Positions 48,965-57,252 of a stretch of DNA of 64,000 bases are shown here, piece after piece. Under the pieces are notes generated by a model. The model saw nothing but the letters and a program-made list of their open reading frames with translations. It ran no database searches and was not told where the DNA came from. Origin of the DNA: Longimicrobiales bacterium (lineage in GTDB: Bacteria; Gemmatimonadota; Gemmatimonadetes; Longimicrobiales; Gaopeijiaceae); NCBI GenBank assembly GCA_965202805.1, contig OZ241869.1:2464001-2528000 (forward strand). Direction: 5' to 3'. A program made the position numbers and the translations under genes. Each line of letters starts with the position of its first letter. Within the stretch, counting starts at the first letter, position 1.

Positions 48965-49767
48965 CAGTGCTCCTCCCCTTCGGCGCCCTCTTCCTCCCAG
49001 GTGCGCGGCTCCCAGCCGGTCTGCTCGTAGAGATAGATGATCACCTGCCAGATCTCCTCGGCGGTAAGCAGGTCCTCCCAGGCGGGCATCGCCGAGTCCC
49101 AGGGCGTGGCCTCGCGGGGCAGCCCGGGACCACCCTTCGCGATGCGCCAGAAGACGAAGCTCTCCGTAAGCTGAACGATGGTGCCCGGATCCTGGAAGCT
49201 GAGCGGCGCGGGGTTGAAGGCGCTCGCGAAGTGTCCCTGCCCGTCCAGGGCGTCGCCATGGCAGGCCATGCAGTTCTGGACGTAGACGCGCTTGCCTTCC
49301 TCGTAATGCTCGTTGAAGTCGCCCTCGTGCCGGAGCGGGTTCTCGAGCCCATCCAGGACCATGGTCTCTCCCCGGAAGTCGATCTGACCCGGGGGCGCCG
49401 GATGCACCGAGCGCAGCGCGGCGGGTGCCGACACCGTGGGCCGTACCCTGTCGAAGGTCATGAAGGCTACCAGCAGGGGAATGGTGACCATGAGCGCCGT
49501 GCGCAGAACCTTCTGGCGCGGATCGACCATGACCCGGTGGATCGGGGCCTTGAACTGCTTCCAGCGCTCCTCGGAGTCGCTGACCCAGATCAGGACGCCC
49601 ACCACCACCGTTCCCATGTATTGCAGAACCACGGTGGCGGGGACCGGGGCGCTGGCGACCCCGAACAGGGGCGGCAGGAGCCAGATTCCCCATTCGAAGA
49701 GGAGGTACGCCAGCACGACGACGATGGCCGCCTGGCCCAGCGGATGCTTCCAGGGCTTGGTGTTCAT
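48964..49767 (-). CDS. Membrane-anchored monoheme cytochrome c
   Basis: Three N-terminal TM segments; RSVHPAPP; CMACHG; FWRIAKGGPGLP; SAMPAW. Confidence 0.88.
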   Translation of the reverse strand: MNTKPWKHPLGQAAIVVVLAYLLFEWGIWLLPPLFGVASAPVPATVVLQYMGTVVVGVLIWVSDSEERWKQFKAPIHRVMVDPRQKVLRTALMVTIPLLVAFMTFDRVRPTVSAPAALRSVHPAPPGQIDFRGETMVLDGLENPLRHEGDFNEHYEEGKRVYVQNCMACHGDALDGQGHFASAFNPAPLSFQDPGTIVQLTESFVFWRIAKGGPGLPREATPWDSAMPAWEDLLTAEEIWQVIIYLYEQTGWEPRTWEEEGAEGEEH

Positions 49768-49795
49768 CGATTCTCCTCCCTCACCGGCGCCTCTC

Positions 49796-50605
49796 CTATC
49801 TCTGCGATGCGAGGAATTGCACGATCGCCTCGAGTTGGCCGGCGGTCAGCATGTCACCGAAGGTCGCCGGCATGGTCCCGGCAAAGGTCTCGTATCCCTC
49901 GGTGATCTCGGCATTCGGATCCAGGATCGATGTACGAATCTCGTCGGCCGTCATGCGCGATCCTATCCCGTCGAAGGGAGGGGCGAGCCGCACGGGCATC
50001 TCCATGGCGGCGGGCAGATGGCACGCCGTGCAGGTATTGACCTGCAACAGCATCTCCGGATCAAGGGTCGCGCCCCCGGCGCCCGGGGCGGCTGGCGTCA
50101 CCGCAGCCAGGCCGGCGGCAGGCGCGGCGTCACCGCCGTCCGCGAAGTCCGCCCCGGTAACCGTCACCACCCCTCCCATGGACTGCAGGTAGGCGACCAG
50201 CGCCCAGATCTGCACGGAGGAGAGGGTGCGGCTGGCGTCCAGCATGATCGGCGCGAACCCTTCGACCAGGTAGGCGTTGGGGTCCACCATCGACGTATGC
50301 AGGTACTGCTTGCAGTCCTCGCCCGGCACGCGGTTCGCGCAGCGTTGGCCGATGAGCCCGGTGCCCGCGTGGTCGGTGAGCAGGTTCGGGGCGCGCTCGC
50401 CCAGACCGTGGCAGGCCGTGCAGCCGCCCCCGCCGTTGTACAGTTCCTCGCCCGCCGCGACGAGTTCCTCGGGGCTGACGTCGTCCGACAATACCAGGTC
50501 CTCGGGCACGTCCGACTGGATCTGCGGAATGGCGTTGGCGACCCAGGTGAACACGCCCAGGCAGCCGATCACCACCGCCAGGATACTCAGGTTGGTCTTT
50601 AGCAT
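49796..50605 (-). CDS. Membrane-anchored diheme cytochrome c
   Basis: N-terminal TM segment; IPQ; CTACH twice; S..DPNA..M in each domain. Confidence 0.9.
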   Translation of the reverse strand: MLKTNLSILAVVIGCLGVFTWVANAIPQIQSDVPEDLVLSDDVSPEELVAAGEELYNGGGGCTACHGLGERAPNLLTDHAGTGLIGQRCANRVPGEDCKQYLHTSMVDPNAYLVEGFAPIMLDASRTLSSVQIWALVAYLQSMGGVVTVTGADFADGGDAAPAAGLAAVTPAAPGAGGATLDPEMLLQVNTCTACHLPAAMEMPVRLAPPFDGIGSRMTADEIRTSILDPNAEITEGYETFAGTMPATFGDMLTAGQLEAIVQFLASQR

Positions 50606-50614
50606 CTGCCTCCC

Positions 50615-52420
50615 CTATCCCTCGCTGGGTGCCGGCTGAAGTTCGCTCTGCATCCCGCCGGCGGCCGAAGCCTGCCCCACCGACGAGATCACGGGTTTCT
50701 CGGCCAGCGAGCCGAGCCAGAAGATGAAGGCCACCAGTCCGAAGAAGATGAGCACGCACGCGGAGATGACCACCGACGAATAGCCGAGCGCGGGGGTGGC
50801 CGCCCACGGGCTGGTGTCGCGAATCACCTCGAACACATGCCAGTGCTGGCGGATGCCGCTGCGGGCGAAGCCCATGAGGCCCATCAGCCAGGTGAAGGTC
50901 ACCGCCAGGATGAAGAGCGCGTACTGGGAGCGGTCCGGCATGCGGCCCCACTGGATCTCGCCTCTGGAGCTGGCGCCGCGCAGCATCAGCAGATCGATGG
51001 TGATCACGCCGATGATGCAGGCGAGCACGGTAAGCACCTGGTAGACCGAGAAGCTGATGCGCACGAGAGTCGGTACCATGTAGCCGTAGATCCCGTAGAA
51101 CAGCACGATCGCCGAGGCCACCACGAAGATCGCGCCCTGCACGATCGTGCCCGTGCGCGCCCACGACACCACCGGTTCCTTGTTGGCGCGCCGGTAGAGC
51201 AGGAACGACAGGAAGGTGGTCAGGATCATGAAGTTGACCGCCGTGTTCTTGCCGCTCATCAGCCCGAGGACGCTGAGGAAGGGGTGGTGCGTGCCGCCCA
51301 TCGCCGCGAACTCCTCGCGGCTGGCGATCATGGTGTTGGGGGTCGCCCACACGATCACGCCCACGATGAGCACCGCCAGCATGTACTTCGTGTAGGGCAT
51401 GAAGCGCTCTGCCCCGGGTATTCGCCCCATCCCCATCCAGAGGTAGTAGTTGCCGGCCAGGAAGAGCACCCCGATGAGGAAGGCCTGAATGATCCACAGC
51501 CAACTCATGAAGCCGCCCATCATGGTGATGCCCATCTGCTGGTTGAACTCGTAGATCTCCCGGCCCAGCCAGTAGCCGGCGAAGGGCAGGATGATGAGCG
51601 CGCCGATGGCGATCATGTTGCCCACGTAGCCCATCCAGTCGTAGTGGGCGCGCTCCTCGTCGCTCTTCGCCGCCAGGAAGCGGTACGCGGCATAGGCGCC
51701 GACCACCGCCCCCCCGAACACCACGTTGGCGATCAGCCGGTGGATGTTGATCGGCATCCAGGTCGCGTTGGTGAGCGCCGACCACAGCTGCACCATCTGG
51801 GGAGCCGTGTCGACGGTGACCTCGGCCGGCGGGCTCATCATGTAGGTCAGCCAGCCGTTGGCGATGAACATGACGATCGTGCCCCACACGTTCAGCGCGA
51901 TGCCCAGCCCCCAGTGGAACCACTTGGCGCGCCCCTTCTTCCACCGGTCCCAGCCGTAGTAGTACAGGTACAGCGTGAAGGACTCGAAGAAGAAGAGCCC
52001 CACGTAGACCCACATCGACAGGTTGAAGATCTGGGCGAGATAGCCGAACAGGGTGGGATAGATGGTGATCAGCAGGAAGAGCAGGATGCCGCCCCAGATG
52101 GCGGTGGCGGAGTAGGCGACCAGAAGGAGCCGGGTGAACTCCTTGGACAGCTTGTCGTAGCGCTCGTCGCCCCCGAACATGCCGATGGCCTCGGTGACCA
52201 CCGCGAACATGGGCACGCCCAGAACGAAGGCCGCGAAGAGCAGGTGCACCTGGGCGGCGATCCACACCGCGGCCCGTCCGCCGATTACGGGGAAGTCGCC
52301 GTAGTCGCGACCGGCGGGCACCTGGGCGAACGCAGGCTCGGCCATCACCAGGAGGGCGAGCACGCCCAGCAGCAGGAGCGGTCCGACGCCCACGCGCCAG
52401 GTCATTCCGGGTTTCGCCAC
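50615..52420 (-). CDS. Cytochrome bd-type subunit I-like (CydA superfamily, non-canonical)
   Basis: QVHLLFAAFVLG (H19 equivalent), FFFES..Y.Y.W (E107 equivalent), ANGW..MMSP, NIHRL (H186 equivalent), MGFARSGIRQHW (GRQPW-like). GTG start at 52420 follows GGAGAG; alternative starts at 52456 and 52405. Confidence 0.85.
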   Translation of the reverse strand: MAKPGMTWRVGVGPLLLLGVLALLVMAEPAFAQVPAGRDYGDFPVIGGRAAVWIAAQVHLLFAAFVLGVPMFAVVTEAIGMFGGDERYDKLSKEFTRLLLVAYSATAIWGGILLFLLITIYPTLFGYLAQIFNLSMWVYVGLFFFESFTLYLYYYGWDRWKKGRAKWFHWGLGIALNVWGTIVMFIANGWLTYMMSPPAEVTVDTAPQMVQLWSALTNATWMPINIHRLIANVVFGGAVVGAYAAYRFLAAKSDEERAHYDWMGYVGNMIAIGALIILPFAGYWLGREIYEFNQQMGITMMGGFMSWLWIIQAFLIGVLFLAGNYYLWMGMGRIPGAERFMPYTKYMLAVLIVGVIVWATPNTMIASREEFAAMGGTHHPFLSVLGLMSGKNTAVNFMILTTFLSFLLYRRANKEPVVSWARTGTIVQGAIFVVASAIVLFYGIYGYMVPTLVRISFSVYQVLTVLACIIGVITIDLLMLRGASSRGEIQWGRMPDRSQYALFILAVTFTWLMGLMGFARSGIRQHWHVFEVIRDTSPWAATPALGYSSVVISACVLIFFGLVAFIFWLGSLAEKPVISSVGQASAAGGMQSELQPAPSEG

Positions 52421-52439
52421 GTTTCTCTCCGAGGTTGTG

Positions 52440-53888
52440 TCAACTCCGGGGAACATCGTCATCCCCCGGAATTCCGTCGCGCGATACGGCCGCGGACATC
52501 TGTTTGCGTAGGAAGAAAGGGAGTCGCCTGGAGAAATCAACCGGCATGCCGCGGCGCACCTCCGCCATCACCTCGGCGGTCACGGCGGCGTACCCCTGCT
52601 TGCGAGCGAACGACTCCACGCGGTCGGACACCACGCCGCGCACGAAGCTGGGCACGACGGACAGGCGCGCGCGCGCCTCTTCGGTCCAGGGGAGGCCGGG
52701 GGCGGTGTCGTCGCCGTACACGACCTCGCGCCGCGGCTCGATCACGGCCCGGTCGCCGGCCGGATCGTAGGCGCAGGAGTCGTCGGGTCCGAGCAGGTCG
52801 CCGGTCAGGGCGTGGGCGCGCGCGCGACAGCCCCCGCACACCGCGCGGTACTCGCAGCGCCCGCACCGCCCCCCCAGCTCCCCGCCGCGCAGGCGGGCGA
52901 AGACCGGGGATGACTCCCACACCTGGCGGAAGGGGGTGGTGGTGAGGTCGCCTGCCACCACCGGCGTGTAGGGACAGGGAGTGACCTTGCCTTCCGGGGT
53001 GATGCGGCAGTAGTGGACGCCGCACGGACAGCGCGTGCCGTAGTTCAGGAGCGGCGACTCCTCCCCGCCCTCGATCACGTGGCGCATGATCTGCGGCTGG
53101 CACTTGGAGCGGACCATCATGCGGCCCCGGTACTCGCGCTCGAGCTCCACGAGCTCGGCCAGCACGGCCTCGTTCTCCTCCGGGGAGAGGCCCTGCATGC
53201 GCTCCCCCCGCCCGGTGGGAACCAGAAAGTACAGGTTGAACGAAACCGCGCCCCGGCTCTCCGCCCAGCTCGCGATATCGGCCACCTCCGCCCGGTTGCC
53301 CCGGGTTACGCTGGTCTGGACGATGAAGTCCAGGCGGTGCGCCGCGAGCCGGTCCACCGCGTCCAGCGTGTCGGAGAGCGCCCCGGACCCGTGGCGAAAG
53401 CGGTCGTGGTAGGTGTCGACGAGCGAGTCCACGCTCACCGCGACCCCCTTTACCCCCGCCTCCATGAGCGACTCGATTCGCCGGTCGGTGAGGCGGGTGC
53501 CGTTGGTGCCCACCACCACGGTGGCCCCGCCGGCGCTCGCCCGGGCCGCGATCTCCTCCAGGTCGTCGCGCAGAAGCGGTTCCCCGCCCGAGAGGATGAG
53601 CACCGGATTCGGGTTGACCTCCAGAATCTGGTCGAGCACGCGATGACACTCCGCGGTGGAGAGCTCGGTCTCGGCCAGGTGCCACGACCCCGCGGAGATG
53701 TAGCAGTGCGCGCACTCCAGATTACAGCGCCGGGTGAGGTTCCACGCGATGATGTGAGGGAGCCCGGGCGCCGCCCCCGAATCCGCCGACACGCCTTCCG
53801 CGACCCAGCGGAGGGAGGGGGTGGTCGAGGGTTCGGAGAAGCCGTCCCGCCCCAGGGTGGGGAGAACGGCGGTGGACGGATCGGCCAT
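52440..53888 (-). CDS. Radical SAM/SPASM enzyme (NirJ/Ahb-like) with C-terminal PCP_red domain
   Basis: AWNLTRRCNLECAHC, LSGGEPLLR, GTNG, PTGRG; SPASM CPCG..PCPY..CGRCEY..CGGCRARA..C; tail WTEEARARL..VPSFVR..VE.FA..G..VT.EVM. Confidence 0.9.
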   Translation of the reverse strand: MADPSTAVLPTLGRDGFSEPSTTPSLRWVAEGVSADSGAAPGLPHIIAWNLTRRCNLECAHCYISAGSWHLAETELSTAECHRVLDQILEVNPNPVLILSGGEPLLRDDLEEIAARASAGGATVVVGTNGTRLTDRRIESLMEAGVKGVAVSVDSLVDTYHDRFRHGSGALSDTLDAVDRLAAHRLDFIVQTSVTRGNRAEVADIASWAESRGAVSFNLYFLVPTGRGERMQGLSPEENEAVLAELVELEREYRGRMMVRSKCQPQIMRHVIEGGEESPLLNYGTRCPCGVHYCRITPEGKVTPCPYTPVVAGDLTTTPFRQVWESSPVFARLRGGELGGRCGRCEYRAVCGGCRARAHALTGDLLGPDDSCAYDPAGDRAVIEPRREVVYGDDTAPGLPWTEEARARLSVVPSFVRGVVSDRVESFARKQGYAAVTAEVMAEVRRGMPVDFSRRLPFFLRKQMSAAVSRDGIPGDDDVPRS

Positions 53889-56008
53889 CAGGCCTCTTCC
53901 CGGCGCATGAACTGCTCGACGGCGGCCTTCGCGTCGGCGGGGCTGACGGTCTTGAAGTCGACGGGGCAGTCGTCGGCCTGCTCGGCCACGTCGCGGATCG
54001 GGCAGCGGGTCACGCCCGACTCCCTGGCCTCCTCGATGAACTTGCGCATCTCCGGGGTCAGTCCGTCGACACCCTCGGCGGCGGCCTTGAGCTGCTTGGT
54101 CTGCAGCTCCCGGAACATCACCAGCATGGTGTCGGTGTCGAAGGTGTCCGCCTCCATCATGGCCTGCTTGTTCTCGTCCATGACCCGCGTGGTGATGCGC
54201 CAGAAATCGTGGTCGCGGGCGAAGCGCTCCACCGTGTTGCGGGCCAGGGGGCGGGCGATGAGCGGCACCGCGCCCAGGCGGTCGAAGGCCTCCTCCGTCC
54301 ACACCACCGGGTCGGCCGCCGTGCGCACCCGCTCATGCACGTGCCCGGTGTAGGGGCACTTCGTTTCGATGGTCGGGTTGGCGGGCACGGGATCGGCGTC
54401 GTTGCCCTCCACCACTGTGCGCTTCATGGCCTCTCCCGCCTTCACCTCGGCGAGGGCGAGCTCCTCGGCCGTGCCGATCCCCATGATGAGCTGCATGTGG
54501 GTGGGCAGCAGCTTGGCGATCGCCTCGTCCAGCCACTCGCTGGTCACCATGGGCAGGGTGCCGCCGGTGTCCCGCCCGGGCTCCAGAAGCGGCGGTTCGG
54601 CTCCACCGGATCCGTTCGCGCGCGCGGCCGAGGCGCCATTTGCGCGAGCCCCGTTGGCGCCGCCGGATCCGTTGGCGGAGGGCTCGGGCGCCTCCTCCCG
54701 CGGGCGCCAGTTCTCCAGCACGTATTCCTCCACCGCCTTGCGGGCGATGCCGAGCGCGAAGGGCGGGACGCGCAGGATGCGGACCTCCGCCTCCGGAGCC
54801 CACTCGAGCCCCATCTCGCCGTCTTCCTCGATCCAGGGAATCTCCTCGGGACGAACGTCGGTGGTGCCGATGAGGAGGATGTTCGCGTCCGACTGCCTGA
54901 GCAGATTGTGCGCCTGGGATCCCAGGTCCGTGCCTTCGATGCGGTGCGCTCCGTGGCGCGCGAGGATGAGCAGGCCGGGGTCGACTTCCTCGGCCCACTG
55001 CAGGATGACCTGGAAGGGCTTGCCGATGAGCACCTGGGTCTCCACTTCGACCTCCGGATACTCCTCCGCCATGATGCGCGCCCGCTTCACGTTCGCCTGC
55101 GCGAGCTTCAGCAGGCCCTTGTCGATGATGTTGTTGTGAAGCTCTTCCTGCTCCTCGAACTTGAAGATCTTCGAAGCCTGCACCGAGAGCACGTCCTTGA
55201 TGTTGCCGAAGACCGCGTGATGGTACTCGACATCGAAGGATGAGCCCACATAGAGCTTCGCCCCGTACTCCGACGCCATCTCCAGGGCGAGGCGCATGGC
55301 CTTGTAGCTGTACGCGGAGCCGTCCACGCACACCATGAAGCTGCCCCCGGCGAGCGGCCGCTCGTTCCGCACCACGAAGGCGTCCTTGTCCACCTTCTGC
55401 AGCACGCGCGCCACTACGCCGCCGAGCTGGGAGAAGGGCTGATGGCCGATGCCGTGCGCCCCGATCACCATCAGGTCGTAGTCGCGGCCGCTCGATCCGG
55501 CCAGCTTCTCGTCGTGATCCTCGTCCTCGGCGACGATGCGCCCGTCTTCGCCGAGGCGGACGTCGCTGCGCACCTTGTCGCCCCCGTCGTAGCTCGAGGC
55601 GATGTTCGGATCGAAGCCGATGAGGCTCGGCAGGTGGCCCTCACCCGAGTTCACCTCGCTCACGATCTCCTCGTAGTTGATGCCTTCCAGCAGCTGGCGC
55701 GTCAGCGGCACGCCGGCATCCCGGCAGCGGCGGTCGACCTGGTCGAGGAAGGAATCGGAGATGAGCTGCAGCCCCTTCTCGATCAGCTTGTCGTGGATCT
55801 TGCGCTGGCGCTTGATCTCGGCCTCGGTCTGAAACTGGGCGGGAAGCCCGGTCTCGAGCTGGCGGAAGCGGATGTCGTGCAGGCGCGCGGCGTAGACGTG
55901 GTTGCCGGTAACGTTTCCGTCGGAGCGCGAAGCGAGTTCGATGGCGCGATCCACCGCCCAGTCCGACCAGGGCGAGTTGTCCACCGGAACGAAGATCTCA
56001 CGATACAT
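53888..56008 (-). CDS. Tandem universal stress protein domains plus two PCP_red domains
   Basis: IFVPVDNS / VIGAHG..LGGV and VCVDGS / LARHG..LGS (two USP folds); WAPEAEVRI.RVPPF and WTEEAFDRL..VPLIAR. Confidence 0.88.
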   Translation of the reverse strand: MYREIFVPVDNSPWSDWAVDRAIELASRSDGNVTGNHVYAARLHDIRFRQLETGLPAQFQTEAEIKRQRKIHDKLIEKGLQLISDSFLDQVDRRCRDAGVPLTRQLLEGINYEEIVSEVNSGEGHLPSLIGFDPNIASSYDGGDKVRSDVRLGEDGRIVAEDEDHDEKLAGSSGRDYDLMVIGAHGIGHQPFSQLGGVVARVLQKVDKDAFVVRNERPLAGGSFMVCVDGSAYSYKAMRLALEMASEYGAKLYVGSSFDVEYHHAVFGNIKDVLSVQASKIFKFEEQEELHNNIIDKGLLKLAQANVKRARIMAEEYPEVEVETQVLIGKPFQVILQWAEEVDPGLLILARHGAHRIEGTDLGSQAHNLLRQSDANILLIGTTDVRPEEIPWIEEDGEMGLEWAPEAEVRILRVPPFALGIARKAVEEYVLENWRPREEAPEPSANGSGGANGARANGASAARANGSGGAEPPLLEPGRDTGGTLPMVTSEWLDEAIAKLLPTHMQLIMGIGTAEELALAEVKAGEAMKRTVVEGNDADPVPANPTIETKCPYTGHVHERVRTAADPVVWTEEAFDRLGAVPLIARPLARNTVERFARDHDFWRITTRVMDENKQAMMEADTFDTDTMLVMFRELQTKQLKAAAEGVDGLTPEMRKFIEEARESGVTRCPIRDVAEQADDCPVDFKTVSPADAKAAVEQFMRREEA

Positions 56009-56249
56009 GGCTGCCTCGATTGGGGGTGCTCGAGGGATCTGGCGCGTGTGGTTCAGCCATGCAACTCGCGAGCGGCGGACGCATGTCCGCCAAGGCAGGA
56101 AGAGAGCAGGAGGCAGTCCACTTGGTTCGGCAAGTCAGGCAGGGCCAAGTCCCCGAAGGCGGTCGCCGAAAGGTCGGCGTACATAACATAAGCGGGCACC
56201 CGGGCCCGCTCGTCAGATCTCATGTGTCGGCCCCTGCGGAGCCGGGCAA

Positions 56250-56279
56250 ATTATACCGGAAATCGCCAATCGATGTCAA
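56250..56279 (-). promoter_or_regulatory. Consensus sigma70 promoter TTGACA-N18-TATAAT driving the USP-radical SAM-cydA-like-cox genes
   Basis: Plus-strand ATTATA at 56250-56255 and TGTCAA at 56274-56279 read as exact -10 and -35 hexamers on the minus strand, 18 bp apart. Confidence 0.8.
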
Positions 56280-56350
56280 ACGCCGCGGAGGGGCGCGGAG
56301 GCGCCCGCGCAAAGGCTCGGATCCACTCCGGGAAACCGCCCCGCCTCGAG

Positions 56351-56803
56351 TCAGAGATCCCATCCGGCGCGCGCCAGCATCCACAGGTTGATGACGATGA
56401 CGACGATGGCCGTGAGGTAGAACCCCGGGGGCAGCGCGGCGTCGGGTCCGGGCAGGAACGCGCCTTCGATCATGCTGGGCAGGCGCAGCGCATGCAGCGC
56501 CCAGATCCCCCGGGCGAGCCAGACGCTCCGCCGGAACCAGAGCCCCCAGAAGACGAGCGCCACGATGGCCGCCCCGAGCAGCAGCCAGAGCACGATGGGC
56601 CCGCGGATGGGGTTGACGAGCCCGTTGCGCCACATGGCGACCACGGCGGCCTCGTAGAGCAGCCCGACGTGCAGGTACCAGAAGGCGGCCTGCCGGAACT
56701 TGCGGGCGCGTGCGCCGGCGTTCTTCGGCGCGGGTCCCTGCTGCTGCCGCATCGTGGGAGCGGACACGGAATCGCGGGCGGCGTCCCGGCCTGACCCGGT
56801 CAC
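56351..56803 (-). CDS. Hypothetical 4-TM membrane protein
   Basis: RARKFRQAAFWYLHVGLLYE ... WMLARAGWDL; GTGA overlap with the upstream gene and a GGAGG RBS. Confidence 0.75.
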   Translation of the reverse strand: MTGSGRDAARDSVSAPTMRQQQGPAPKNAGARARKFRQAAFWYLHVGLLYEAAVVAMWRNGLVNPIRGPIVLWLLLGAAIVALVFWGLWFRRSVWLARGIWALHALRLPSMIEGAFLPGPDAALPPGFYLTAIVVIVINLWMLARAGWDL

Positions 56804-57252
56804 ATTTCCTCCAGTCCCAGGTCCGAGCGCGCCGTGTCCATGACCTCCGGGGTCATGCGGTCGATGCCTCGTTGGCGGGCGTAGTCGGTGTAGATGCGCT
56901 TCACCATGCCGCGCACGAAGGACGGCACCCGGCCCAGCCGATCCACCGCGGCCGGGGTCCACTCTACCCGGCCGGGGCGGGCGGGAGCGGGGGGCTCCTC
57001 CTCCACGAAGGCGTCCTGCCGTCCTCCCTCCAGGTTGCCCCGCACCAGTTCCATGGGCTGCTCGGGCACCGTCCGGCCTCCGATTTCGATGCCCATGCTG
57101 CTCACCAGCCGGGTCTCCATGGGGTTGGTGAGCATGGCGATGTCGAGCCCGCACGCCGAGCACTCGAACACCGCCGCCAGGGTGCCGTCCCCGGGCAGCT
57201 GGCGTTCCGCGAAGGCCATGATGTGATCGCACTGGATGCAGAGGAACTTCAT
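56800..57252 (-). CDS. Zn-ribbon plus PCP_red domain protein
   Basis: MKFLCIQC..FECSAC..TNPMET; C-terminal WTPAAVDRLGRVPSFVRGMVKR..YA..G..TPEVMD. Confidence 0.85.
   Translation of the reverse strand: MKFLCIQCDHIMAFAERQLPGDGTLAAVFECSACGLDIAMLTNPMETRLVSSMGIEIGGRTVPEQPMELVRGNLEGGRQDAFVEEEPPAPARPGRVEWTPAAVDRLGRVPSFVRGMVKRIYTDYARQRGIDRMTPEVMDTARSDLGLEEM

Noticed and set aside
47294..52420. Nitrite oxidoreductase or nitrifier metabolism, suggested by NxrC-like and bd-like genes
   Set aside because: No molybdopterin alpha or Fe-S beta subunit in the window; accessory-gene similarity alone does not show nitrite oxidation.
50615..52420. Calling this gene canonical cydA
   Set aside because: No cydB, no Q-loop motif and the E445-equivalent is substituted, so the symbol is withheld.
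52440..57252. Photosynthesis or bacteriochlorophyll genes, suggested by PCP_red domains
   Set aside because: Only the small C-terminal domain is present; no BchN/B/L catalytic domains or puf/bch genes.
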